Shown: positions 54,201-63,929 of the stretch, piece after piece
How positions within the stretch are numbered: the stretch's first letter is position 1
Layout: every line of letters begins with the position of its first letter
NCBI GenBank assembly: GCA_963736455.1
Contig: CAVTON010000002.1
Span: 96,257 to 160,256, forward strand
Source of the DNA: an uncultured Acidobacteriota bacterium
Lineage (GTDB): Bacteria > Acidobacteriota > Thermoanaerobaculia > UBA5066 > Gp7-AA6
Length of the DNA: 64,000 nt
Direction of reading: 5' to 3'
Program-made: the position numbers and the translations under genes
Notes under the pieces: model-generated
Databases searched by the model: none
The model's input: only the letters and a program-made list of their open reading frames with translations
What the model was told of the DNA's origin: nothing

Positions 54201-54284
54201 GTGACCGACCTTTCTGGATTGTACAGACGGAGGGAGACCCGAAGAGCCTATCCCACTCGGGTCGCAAGGAGCGGCACGGCTCAC

Positions 54285-56759
54285 TCAACCCCGAACGCGG
54301 CGACGCGGACCCTCGCCGACTCCGCATTGCAGGTTGAACGTCTTGTCGATGAACACCGCCATCTGACCCCGCGTATTGGGATTGCCCGGGCAGTACATTC
54401 CGGACGCGCAGCCTCCGGTGATGTTCTCGTGGGCGAGCTCCTCGATCCAGTTGGCGAAGTTCGACGGGCAGGGCACGTCGGAGAAGACGCCCGTGCACAT
54501 CGGCGGGACATAGGTCGAGCCGTGCTCCGCCTTCAGCAGGAACACGGCCATCTGGTCGCGCCGGACGGGATTCTGCGGGCAGAAGTCGCCCCCGCCGCAG
54601 CCGCCCGTGATGCCCTCGGCCGACATGGCCTCGATCCAGGGCGCGAAGTTGGAGGAGCAGGGCACGTCGGCGAAGACGCCCATGCACGGCGGCGGCGTGT
54701 AGCAGAGGCCGTGCTTCGCCTTCAGAAGGAACACGGCCATCTGCTGGCGCAAGGTGTCGTCGTTGACGCCGTAGAGGCCGCCGCCCACGCCGGCCGTGAT
54801 CCCGTTGGAGACGAGGATCGTCACGAATTCGTAGAACGTCTGGCTGAGCGGCACGTCCAGGAAATCCGCCACGTATCCCTTGACGAGAGTTCCCGCCGAG
54901 CCGTCGGAGTTGGTGACGACGACGTCATTGGCGGAGCCGGAAGCGAGGGCCGGCGTCGTCGCGGAGATGGAAGTGTAGGAATTGACGACGACGCCGGTCG
55001 CGGGCTGTCCGCCGATATTCACCGTCGCTCCGGACAGGAAGTTCGTGCCGCTGATCGTGAGCGACGTGCCGCCGCTTCCCGGGCCGGAGCGAGGCACGGT
55101 GGAGAATGGCAGTCGCTGCGAGAGCTCGGACGTATTGCCCGAGGGGTCGGTCGCGGTCGCCGAAATGGGCGAACCGTCGGCCGCGGCCATGAGCGTCGTG
55201 ACGTGGAACGTCCCGTTGCCGGACCCGTCGGTCATGATCGTCGCCGACCCGATGTACGTCTCGCCCTGCAGAAAAGCGTGCGGGAACTTCGCGCAGGCGG
55301 GGTTGGCGTAGAAGTCCAGGTCGAAGAGGGTTCCCGGAGTCGAGTTCAGAAGGCCGTCCACGGTCGTATTGGAGCCGCCGTACACGACGCTCGAGACGAT
55401 CGGAAAGTTCTGCAGACCGTTCGCTCCCGTGTCCGGGTCGCCGAGGTCGTTGGCCGTCACGCCGTCGTTTCCGAGGTCGATCCCGATGCCGCCGTTGTCG
55501 TGGATGGAATTCCCGCGGACCGTGTTGCCGGATATGTCGCCGCCGAAGCTGTAAATGGAAATGCCGATGCCCGTGTTGAACGCGACCGTGTTGCCCGCTC
55601 CATCGGTCACGTCCCCGACGTGGGCGTCGTTCACGCCGAAGACGGTGATCCCGTGAGCCGCGTTGCCGAGCGGCGCCGTCCCCGAAGCATCGGTGCCGAC
55701 GAGATTGCCTTCGATCACGGCGCCGTTGGCATAGGCCACGATGCCGTCGGCCCCGTTGGCGGAGATGACGTTTCCGGCTCCCGGCGCGCTGCCGCCGATC
55801 ATCATGCCCGGCGCTTCGGCGCTGATGCCGAACCCGACGTTTTTCAGCGGCGCCGTTCCGGTGACGTCGAGGCCCACGAAGTTGCCCTCGACGACGTCCC
55901 CGGTGCCCGTGGCGGCCTCCATGCGGATCCCGTTCACGCCGTTGCCCGAGACGACGTTGCGGTCGGCCGCGGTCGTCCCGCCGATGACGGTATCCGACGT
56001 GGATCCGGCGAAGATGATGCCTTCCTGGGTCGCTCCCGCAAACCCGGCCGAGCCGGTGGCGTCGGGGCCGATCAGGTTGCCCTGGAAGTGATGTCCCGTC
56101 CCGCCGCTGCCGCTGATGCCCCAGAAGATCCCGGCGCTGCCGTTGCCGGAGATCAGGTTGCGCGTCGCGGGCGTCGTTCCGCCGATCGTGATGTTCGAGC
56201 CGACGCTGGATTCCTCGATCCCATAGCCGCAGCCGTGGGCGACGAGACCGCTCGCGTCGGTCCCCAGGAAATCCCCTTCCACGACGGTATTGCTGCCGGC
56301 CTCGATGTTGACGCACGGGCCGCCGGACCGATTGATCGCGAGGCCGCGAATGACCGTTCCGTCGCTGCCCGTCTTTAGATCGAGGGCGCCATCGATGCTG
56401 GTGTTCGTCCCGTCGAGCTCGATCAGGATGACCGCGTTCGTTCCCTGCGTCGGCCCGTTCGTGTTGGCGCTCGCGCCCGGCTGCGTGTAGCCGTCGATGG
56501 TTACGCCCTTCGTGATCGCCGGCAGAGGAGAGCCCGGACTGATCGTGTGGACGCTCGAGCCCGGGATATCGAACGCGATCGTCGTCCCCGCGTTCGCGTC
56601 GGCGTAGGTGATCGCGTCGCGCAGCGTGCAGGTGCCGGCGCCGGTCGTCGCGCAGGCGTTCGTCGAGTCTCCGGAATCGTTGACCGTGACCGTCGCGGCC
56701 GACATCGGGACCGCGAGGGCGCCCGCCAGGGCCATGGTCCAGAGGGTGGTTCTCATCAC
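54285..56759 (-). CDS. Secreted CSLREA-type beta-helix + IPT/TIG + 3x Cys-rich SLH protein
   Basis: CTLRDA motif, same architecture. 13-aa tail after KTFNLQ. Confidence 0.9.
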   Translation of the reverse strand: MMRTTLWTMALAGALAVPMSAATVTVNDSGDSTNACATTGAGTCTLRDAITYADANAGTTIAFDIPGSSVHTISPGSPLPAITKGVTIDGYTQPGASANTNGPTQGTNAVILIELDGTNTSIDGALDLKTGSDGTVIRGLAINRSGGPCVNIEAGSNTVVEGDFLGTDASGLVAHGCGYGIEESSVGSNITIGGTTPATRNLISGNGSAGIFWGISGSGGTGHHFQGNLIGPDATGSAGFAGATQEGIIFAGSTSDTVIGGTTAADRNVVSGNGVNGIRMEAATGTGDVVEGNFVGLDVTGTAPLKNVGFGISAEAPGMMIGGSAPGAGNVISANGADGIVAYANGAVIEGNLVGTDASGTAPLGNAAHGITVFGVNDAHVGDVTDGAGNTVAFNTGIGISIYSFGGDISGNTVRGNSIHDNGGIGIDLGNDGVTANDLGDPDTGANGLQNFPIVSSVVYGGSNTTVDGLLNSTPGTLFDLDFYANPACAKFPHAFLQGETYIGSATIMTDGSGNGTFHVTTLMAAADGSPISATATDPSGNTSELSQRLPFSTVPRSGPGSGGTSLTISGTNFLSGATVNIGGQPATGVVVNSYTSISATTPALASGSANDVVVTNSDGSAGTLVKGYVADFLDVPLSQTFYEFVTILVSNGITAGVGGGLYGVNDDTLRQQMAVFLLKAKHGLCYTPPPCMGVFADVPCSSNFAPWIEAMSAEGITGGCGGGDFCPQNPVRRDQMAVFLLKAEHGSTYVPPMCTGVFSDVPCPSNFANWIEELAHENITGGCASGMYCPGNPNTRGQMAVFIDKTFNLQCGVGEGPRRRVRG

Positions 56760-56781
56760 AAACTCTCCTTCGAGTCAGCCG

Positions 56782-59229
56782 TTACTGGAGGGTGAATGTG
56801 CGCGTGATGAACACCGCCATCTGGCCGCGCGTGTTGGGATCCGACGGGCAGTAGTTGCCACTGCCGCATCCGCCGGTGATGTTCTCGTGGTAGAGCTGTT
56901 CGATCCAGTTGGCGAAGTTCGACGGGCAGGGCACGTCGGTAAAGACGCCCGTGCACATCGGGGGGGCATAGGTCGAGCCATGCTCGGCCTTCAGGAGGAA
57001 CACGGCCATCTGGTCGCGACGGACCGGGTTCTGGGGGCAGAAGTTCCCGCCGCCGCAGCCACCCGTGATGCCTTCGGCCGCCATGGCCTCGATCCACGGT
57101 GCGAAGTTGGAGGAGCAGGGCACGTCGGCGAAGACTCCCGTGCACGGCGGCGGCGTGTAGCAGAGGCCATGCTGGGCCTTCAGCAGGAAGACGGCCATCT
57201 GCTGTCGCAGCGTGTCGTCGTTGACGCCGTAGAGGCCGCCGCCCACGCCGGCCGTGATCCCGTTCGACACGAGTGTCGTGACGTAGGAATAGAACTGCTG
57301 GGTGTTCGGTACGTCCAGGAAATCGGCGACGAAGCCCTTGACGAGAGTCCCGTTCGTCTCGTCGACGTTGGTCACGACGATGTCGTTCGCCGTGCCGGGC
57401 GTGAGGGCCGGCGTCGTGGCGTCGAGGGACGTGTAGGTAATGACCGTGACGCCGGTCGCCGGTTGCCCACCGATCGTCACGGCGACGCCCGCGAGAAAGT
57501 TGGTGCCGCTGATCGTCAGGACCGTTCCTCCTCCCGCGTCGCCGGATCGGACGTTGTCCGAAAAGGGGAGGCGCTGCGAGAACTCGGAGGTGTTTCCGTT
57601 CGGGTCGGTGGCCGTCACCGAGATTCGAGAGCCGGCCTCGGTGGCGGCGAGCGTCGCGACGTCGAACGTGCCCGTTCCGGTTCCATTGGTCGTGACCTGG
57701 CCCGAGCCGATGTAGGCCTCGCCCTGGACGAAATCGCGGGGGAAGCGGGAGCAGGCCGGATTCGCATAGAAATCGAGGTCGAACGTCGTGTTCGGCGTCG
57801 AGTTCAGAAGGCCCGAGACCGCCGTGTTCGACGCGCCATGAAAGACGCCCGAGACGATCGGGAAATTCTGGAGGTCGTTCGCGCCGGCGTCCGTGTCGCC
57901 GAGGTCGTTCGGGGTCACGCCGTCGGCGCCGAGGTCGATCCCGGTCTGCGTGTTGTCGTGGATCGAATTGCCGCGGATCGTGTTGCCCGTGCCGCTGTAC
58001 ATCAACACGCCGCCGGCGTTCGACACGCCATTGAAGGCCATGACGTTGCCTTCGCCGGGATTCACGCCGCCGATGATCAGGTGGCTGCTGCCCGAGACGG
58101 TCACGGCGGGTCCCTGATTCCCGAGCGGCATCGTCCCGGTGGGATCCGTGCCGATGAAGTTGCCCTGGATCACCAGGCCGTCGGCGCCGCCCTCCATGTT
58201 GATGCCGCCGAAGGCGTTGAAGCCGATCACGTTGCCGGCCCCCGACGCGGAGCCGCCGACCCGGTTGTCGTGGGCGTTGACCTCGACGCCGTAGAGCCCG
58301 TTGCCGAGCGGCAGGGTCCCGGTCACGTCGGTGCCGATGAAGTTGCCTTCGACGACGTCGCCCGTGATGCCGGGGTCTCCCAGGGAATTGCTGATGAGGA
58401 CGCCGCGCCCCGTGTTTCCGGAGATCACATTGCGCGCCGCGGGCGCGGTTCCACCGATCGTCGAGTTCGTGACGCCAAAGGCCATCGAGATCCCGAAGTC
58501 GTTCGGCAGCGCCCCGGTGCCGGCGGCGTTGGTTCCGATGAAGTTTCCCTCCACCACGTGGTCGGCTCCGCCCGCGCCGTCGTCGTTCCCGAACCCGATT
58601 CCCCCGATCTGCGCGCCGGAAATGACGTTGCGTGCGGCGGGCGCCGTTCCTCCGATCACGACTCCGGTCGCCCCGTCGTCGATCAGGACGCCGAAGGGCT
58701 CCGGGCCCGGCACGCTCGAACCCGTGGGGTCGATTCCGAGGAAACAGCCCTCGATCATGATGGTATTCGACGCGAAGATCCCCACCGCGCCCGCGATCGC
58801 GCGATTGATGACGAGGCCGCGGAGCACGCTTCCCGACGATCCGGGAAGGAACACGATTCCATAGCCGCTCGACTGGCCCCCCGCGTCGATCTCGATCCGG
58901 TGCGTCGAGTTGTCTCCGAGTCCCGGTCCGTTGGTGTTGGCGGAAGAACCGGGCTGCGTGTAGCCGTCGATCGTCACCATGGCCACGATGGTCGGATAGG
59001 GCGTCGCCGGCTGCAGAGTCTGAACGCCGCTGCCCGAAATGTCGAAGGCGATCGTCGTGCCCGAGTGGGCGTTGGCATACGTCATCGCGTCGCGGAGCGT
59101 GCAAGGCTGGACGCCGGTCGTCGCGCAGGGATTTGTGGAGTCTCCGGAGTCGTCGACCGTCACGGTGGAGGCGCCGAGCGGCGCCGCGAGCAGAAGGCAC
59201 GCAATCAGAGCCTCGAGAGGCTTCCGCAT
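56782..59229 (-). CDS. Secreted CSLREA-type beta-helix + IPT/TIG + 3x Cys-rich SLH protein
   Basis: CTLRDA motif, GGAGG RBS; ends RTFTLQ*. Confidence 0.9.
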   Translation of the reverse strand: MRKPLEALIACLLLAAPLGASTVTVDDSGDSTNPCATTGVQPCTLRDAMTYANAHSGTTIAFDISGSGVQTLQPATPYPTIVAMVTIDGYTQPGSSANTNGPGLGDNSTHRIEIDAGGQSSGYGIVFLPGSSGSVLRGLVINRAIAGAVGIFASNTIMIEGCFLGIDPTGSSVPGPEPFGVLIDDGATGVVIGGTAPAARNVISGAQIGGIGFGNDDGAGGADHVVEGNFIGTNAAGTGALPNDFGISMAFGVTNSTIGGTAPAARNVISGNTGRGVLISNSLGDPGITGDVVEGNFIGTDVTGTLPLGNGLYGVEVNAHDNRVGGSASGAGNVIGFNAFGGINMEGGADGLVIQGNFIGTDPTGTMPLGNQGPAVTVSGSSHLIIGGVNPGEGNVMAFNGVSNAGGVLMYSGTGNTIRGNSIHDNTQTGIDLGADGVTPNDLGDTDAGANDLQNFPIVSGVFHGASNTAVSGLLNSTPNTTFDLDFYANPACSRFPRDFVQGEAYIGSGQVTTNGTGTGTFDVATLAATEAGSRISVTATDPNGNTSEFSQRLPFSDNVRSGDAGGGTVLTISGTNFLAGVAVTIGGQPATGVTVITYTSLDATTPALTPGTANDIVVTNVDETNGTLVKGFVADFLDVPNTQQFYSYVTTLVSNGITAGVGGGLYGVNDDTLRQQMAVFLLKAQHGLCYTPPPCTGVFADVPCSSNFAPWIEAMAAEGITGGCGGGNFCPQNPVRRDQMAVFLLKAEHGSTYAPPMCTGVFTDVPCPSNFANWIEQLYHENITGGCGSGNYCPSDPNTRGQMAVFITRTFTLQ

Positions 59230-59290
59230 CGTCGACCTCCTTTGTGAGGGACGGAAGCCTATCTCAACCCCTGCGCGGGTTCCGGAAGCC

Positions 59291-61495
59291 CTACTGAAGA
59301 GAAAACGTTTTGACGACGAAGACGGCCATTTGGCCGCGCGTGGCGGAGCTGGTGGGGCAGTAGAGGCCCCCGCCGCACCCGCCGGTGATGCCGCGGGCGA
59401 CGAGGTCGTAGATCCACGGGGCGAAGGGGTTGTCGCAGGGGACGTCGTCGAAGGTTGCGGTGACGCAGGCGGGGGGTGCGTAGCCGAGGCCCTGGGAGGT
59501 CTTCAAGAGCAGGACGGCCATCTGCTGGCGCTTGACGGGGTCGGCGGGACAGTAGGTGCCGGGGCCGCAGCCGCCGGTGATCCCCTCGGCCACGAGCTCG
59601 TCGATCCAGGGCGCGAAGGTCGAGGAGCAGGGGACGTCGGTGAAGATTTGGGTCATGCAGGGGGGCGGGGTGTAGCAGAGGCCGTGCTTGGCCTTCATGA
59701 GGAAGACGGCCATCTGCTGGCGCAGGGTGGGCTGGTCGACGCCGTAGAGGCCCTGGCCGACGCCGACGGTGATGGCGTTGGAGACGAGGGTCGTGACGAA
59801 GGAGTAGAACTGCTGGGAGCCCGGGACGTCGAGAAAGTCGGCGACCCAGCCCTTGACGAGGGTTCCCGTTGTCCCGTCCGGCGTCATCACGACGACGTCG
59901 TTGACGGTGCCAGGGTCGAGGGCCGGCGACGTGGACTGCAGGGTGTGGTCGTCGACGAAGGTCACGGGCACCGAGACGCCGCCGACGGTCATCGTCGTTG
60001 GATCGGCAAAGTCGGTGCCGGTCACCGCGATGCCGGTGCCGCCCGCGGCGGGGCCCGAGACAGAGCTCGTCATGAAGAAGACGATGCGCTGCGAAAACTC
60101 CGACGTATTGCCGTCGGGATCGGTGGCCGTCACGGAGATGCGGGCGCCGCCTTCCGTGACGACCGGAAACGTCGACGCGAAATTGACGTGTCCGTCGTCG
60201 CCGGTCGACAGATGCGTCGAGCCGATGTAGGTCGTGCCCTCGACGAACTCTCTCGGAAAGTTGGAGCACGCAGGGTTGGCGTAGAAGTCGAGATCGAACT
60301 CCGTCGAGGGCGTGCTGTCGAGCTTGCCGACGACCTCGGTCGAGCCCGCCAGATGCACGACCGACTGGACGATCGGGAAGTTCTGAAGGTTGTTGCTGCC
60401 GGCGTCGGCGTCGCCGGGATCGTTCGGCTTCGGGGTGTTATTCCCGGTGTAGTTGTTGATGCCGAGATAGCTATTGTGGTGAATGGAGTTGCCGCGCATC
60501 ACGTTGCGAACGCCGTCGTTGTCGATGCCATGGTTCGCATTGAAGGCGATCTGGTTGGCCTCTCCCGGCCCGAGGCCGCCGATGACCGAATCGTTGGACC
60601 CGTGGATGACGATTCCGTCGGCGCCGTTGCCGAGGGGAGAAGCGCCGTCGGCGGCGATGCCGACGAGGTTGCCCTGCACGACGATGTTGCCCTCGATCCA
60701 CATCCCGTAGAGGCTGTTGCCGGAGACGACGTTGGCCGCGCCGGCGGCGGTGCCGCCGATCGTGTTGCCGGTGCCGTAGGCGGCCAGGCCGCCGGCGTTG
60801 GGCAGCGCGTGCAAGCCGGTCGCATCGGTGCCGAACAGATTTCCCTCGACCGTCGAGTCGTTTGCGAGGCCGTTGACGAGAAGCGCACCGGAGAAATTAC
60901 CCGTCGTGTTTCCCGAGATGAGATTTCGGTCGCCGGGGGACGTCCCTCCCACGAGCTCCCCGTTGCTACCGATCTCGAGTCCCGTGGCGTTTGGTCGCGC
61001 GACCATTCCAGTGGCGTCGGTGCCGAAGAAATTCCCGCGGATGATGCAGTTGTCCGCTCCGCTTCCGACGTTAACGCCCTCGGCGAAGTCGCCGATGGCG
61101 AGCCCCTGGACCGTGGAACCACTTGCCAGGGATCCGGTGACGTTGAGCGCGAGGCTCAACGTCGCCCCGCCGTCGAGCTCGATCAGGATGACGGCATTGG
61201 TGCCCACGGGAGCCGTATTCTCGCTCGCGCCGGGCTGCGTGTAGCCGTCGATCAGGATCGAGTCGGTGACGAAGGGCAGCTCGGTCACCGGCGCGATGGT
61301 ATGGACACCGGCGCCCGGGATGTTGAACGCGATGGTGTCGAGGCCGGGGTTTCCATTGGCGTCGAGGATCGCCTGGCGCAGCGAGCCCGCGCCGGAATCG
61401 CTCGTGTTGGTGACGATGAAAGTGTCGGCGGAGCAAACGGCGGCGAAGGCCAGAGCGACGCAACCGACGATGGCGGTTCTCAAGTTCAACTCCAT
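59291..61495 (-). CDS. Secreted beta-helix + IPT/TIG + 3x Cys-rich SLH protein
   Basis: TNTSDSGAGSLRQAI, shorter beta-helix; ends KTFSLQ*. Confidence 0.9.
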   Translation of the reverse strand: MELNLRTAIVGCVALAFAAVCSADTFIVTNTSDSGAGSLRQAILDANGNPGLDTIAFNIPGAGVHTIAPVTELPFVTDSILIDGYTQPGASENTAPVGTNAVILIELDGGATLSLALNVTGSLASGSTVQGLAIGDFAEGVNVGSGADNCIIRGNFFGTDATGMVARPNATGLEIGSNGELVGGTSPGDRNLISGNTTGNFSGALLVNGLANDSTVEGNLFGTDATGLHALPNAGGLAAYGTGNTIGGTAAGAANVVSGNSLYGMWIEGNIVVQGNLVGIAADGASPLGNGADGIVIHGSNDSVIGGLGPGEANQIAFNANHGIDNDGVRNVMRGNSIHHNSYLGINNYTGNNTPKPNDPGDADAGSNNLQNFPIVQSVVHLAGSTEVVGKLDSTPSTEFDLDFYANPACSNFPREFVEGTTYIGSTHLSTGDDGHVNFASTFPVVTEGGARISVTATDPDGNTSEFSQRIVFFMTSSVSGPAAGGTGIAVTGTDFADPTTMTVGGVSVPVTFVDDHTLQSTSPALDPGTVNDVVVMTPDGTTGTLVKGWVADFLDVPGSQQFYSFVTTLVSNAITVGVGQGLYGVDQPTLRQQMAVFLMKAKHGLCYTPPPCMTQIFTDVPCSSTFAPWIDELVAEGITGGCGPGTYCPADPVKRQQMAVLLLKTSQGLGYAPPACVTATFDDVPCDNPFAPWIYDLVARGITGGCGGGLYCPTSSATRGQMAVFVVKTFSLQ

Positions 61496-61498
61496 TTC

Positions 61499-63913
61499 TT
61501 ACTGAAGGCCGAAGGTTTTGACGACGAAGACGGCCATTTGGCCACGGGTGGCGGGGTTGGCGGGGCAGTAGAGGCCGCCGCCGCAACCTCCGGTGATGTT
61601 TCGGGCGACGAGGTCGTAGATCCACGGGGCGAAGGGGCTGTCGCAGGGGACGTCGTCGAAGGAGGGGGTCATGCAGGCGGGAGGGGTGTATCCGACGCCG
61701 AGGGAGGTCTTCAGCAGCAGGACGGCCATTTGCTGGCGCTTGACGGGGTCGGCGGGGCAGTAGGTGGAGCCGTTGCCGCATCCGCCGGTGATGCCCTCGG
61801 CGACGAGCTCGTTGATCCATGGGGCGAAGGTGGAGGAGCAGGGGACGTCGGTGAAGACCTGGGTGGTGCAGGCAGGGGGGGTGTAGCAGAGGCCGTGTTT
61901 GGCTTTCATGAGGAAGACGGCCATCTGCTGGCGCAGAGTGGATTGATCGACGCCGTAGAGGCCCTGGCCGACGCCGACGGTGATGGCGTTGGAGACGAGG
62001 GTGGTGACGAAGGAGTAGAACTGCTGGCTGCCCGGGACGTCCAGGAAGTCGGCGACCCAGCCCTTGATCAGCGTGCCGGTCGTGCCGTCGGGCGTCGTCA
62101 CGACGAGGTCGTTGAAGGTCCCGGGGTCGAGTGCGGGTGAGGTCGTGCTGAGCGTGTGATCGTCGACGAACGTTGCGGGTGAGGCAACGCCCCCGATCGT
62201 CATCGTCGCGGGATCCGAGAAGTCGGTCCCGCTGACGGTGATGCCGTCGCCGCCGGCGGACGGGCCGGACGACGGGGTGACGGAGAAGATGATGCGCTGC
62301 GCGAGCTCGGACGTGTTGCCGTCGGGGTCCGTCGCCGTGGCCGTGATGCGGGCACCGGCCTCGGTGACGACCGGCAGCGTCACGTCGAAGTCGACGTGGC
62401 CGGCCCCGTCGGTCGAGACGGGAGACGAGCCGAGATAGGTCCTGCCCTGCAGGAACTCTCTGGGGAAGTTCGAGCACGCCGGGTCCGCGTAGAAGTCGAG
62501 CGTGAAGGTCGTGGACGGAGCGCTGTCGAACTTGCCGATGATCTCGGTGCCGCCGGTCTCGGGAGCGAGGTGATTGACGGTCCTGATGATCGGGAAGTTC
62601 TGACGGAGGTTCGGTCCGGTATCGGCATCGCCGGAGTCGTTGGGATCGGGGCTCGCGCTCGTGTTGCCGCACGATAGGCCGAGAGTGATGCCGAGCCTGC
62701 CGTTTCGGAACATCGAGTTGCCGACGATGGTCCAGGGTCCTGCGGTGCCGGTGATGCTGATGCCGTTCGCGCCGCTGTAGGCGATCACGTTGCCCTCGTC
62801 CGCGCCCGTGCCGCCGATCGTCCCCGTCGCGGGACCCCACGAGTCCTGGACATGAATGCCGCACGTTCCGTTGGGAAGAGGAAGCGTCCCGGTGATGTCC
62901 GTGCCGATCTTGTTGCCCTGGATCGTGATGCCGGTGACGCCGAGGCTCGAGCCGATCACGTCGATGCCGGTGCCGGAGCGGTTCGCGACGACGTTGCCGA
63001 GGATCTTCGCGTTCGGCGCCACACCCAGACTCATGCCGTCGACGCCGCCGTTCGACAGTTCCACCGTTCCCGTGACGTCCGTGCCGATCAGGTTGCCCTG
63101 AACCGTCACGTTGCTGGCGTTGAACGCTCCCGCCTCACCCAGCTGGACGGCGCGGACCGACCACGTGCCGACGACGTTGGCGGCTCCCGGCGCGCTGCCG
63201 CCGATCATCACGTTGTCGCCGACCTCGACGTCGATGGCACGCTGCGCGGCTCCGATGCCGGCGGTTCCGGCGGCGTTGAGGCTCAGGTAGTTGCCCTGGA
63301 TGACCGTCCCGTTCCCGTCGGCCTGGATCAGGTCGCCGCCCGACGACGCCATCACGTTGCGCGCGGCGGGATCCGTCCCGCCGATGACGTTGCCATCGGT
63401 GAAGTCGACCTCGATCCCCAGGCTGACTCCGCTGACCGTGGACCCGTCGGGATCGACGCCGATGAAATTTCCCGTGATGAAGTTGTCGGCGCTGACGATG
63501 AAGAGAAGCGGCCCGGTGGTGCCGCCCATCGAAAGCCCCCGGATCGTCGAGCCGGCGCTTCCAGGATCCAACGCGATGGCCGGATTGTGGGGCCCCGCGT
63601 CGATCCTGATCAGAATGACCGCGTCGTCGCCGACGGCGAGGGTGTTGGCGCTCGCTTCCGGCTGGGAGTAGCCGTCGAGAAAAACCGGGTCGGTGATGGC
63701 ATCGAGGGTCGTCGAGGGCGTGATCGTCTGCACCCCCGAGCCGGAGATGTCGAAGGCGATCGTGTCGAGGCCGGGGTTTGCGTTGGCGTCGAGGATCGCC
63801 TGGCGCAGCGAGCCAGCCCCGCTGTCGTTGGTGTTGGTGACCGTGAAGGTCGCGGCGCCCAGCGGGCTCGCGGCGAGGCCGAGAACGAGCGTGACGAGAA
63901 AGAAGTGCTTCAT
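61499..63913 (-). CDS. Secreted beta-helix + IPT/TIG + 3x Cys-rich SLH protein
   Basis: MKHFFLVTLVLGLAAS signal, GAGG RBS; ends KTFGLQ*. Confidence 0.9.
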   Translation of the reverse strand: MKHFFLVTLVLGLAASPLGAATFTVTNTNDSGAGSLRQAILDANANPGLDTIAFDISGSGVQTITPSTTLDAITDPVFLDGYSQPEASANTLAVGDDAVILIRIDAGPHNPAIALDPGSAGSTIRGLSMGGTTGPLLFIVSADNFITGNFIGVDPDGSTVSGVSLGIEVDFTDGNVIGGTDPAARNVMASSGGDLIQADGNGTVIQGNYLSLNAAGTAGIGAAQRAIDVEVGDNVMIGGSAPGAANVVGTWSVRAVQLGEAGAFNASNVTVQGNLIGTDVTGTVELSNGGVDGMSLGVAPNAKILGNVVANRSGTGIDVIGSSLGVTGITIQGNKIGTDITGTLPLPNGTCGIHVQDSWGPATGTIGGTGADEGNVIAYSGANGISITGTAGPWTIVGNSMFRNGRLGITLGLSCGNTSASPDPNDSGDADTGPNLRQNFPIIRTVNHLAPETGGTEIIGKFDSAPSTTFTLDFYADPACSNFPREFLQGRTYLGSSPVSTDGAGHVDFDVTLPVVTEAGARITATATDPDGNTSELAQRIIFSVTPSSGPSAGGDGITVSGTDFSDPATMTIGGVASPATFVDDHTLSTTSPALDPGTFNDLVVTTPDGTTGTLIKGWVADFLDVPGSQQFYSFVTTLVSNAITVGVGQGLYGVDQSTLRQQMAVFLMKAKHGLCYTPPACTTQVFTDVPCSSTFAPWINELVAEGITGGCGNGSTYCPADPVKRQQMAVLLLKTSLGVGYTPPACMTPSFDDVPCDSPFAPWIYDLVARNITGGCGGGLYCPANPATRGQMAVFVVKTFGLQ

Positions 63914-63929
63914 GGATTTCCTCACGGGG

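Noticed and set aside
61875-61881. G7 tract as a phase-variation site
   Set aside because: Short, in frame (YTPP), and explained by the local C-ending codon bias.
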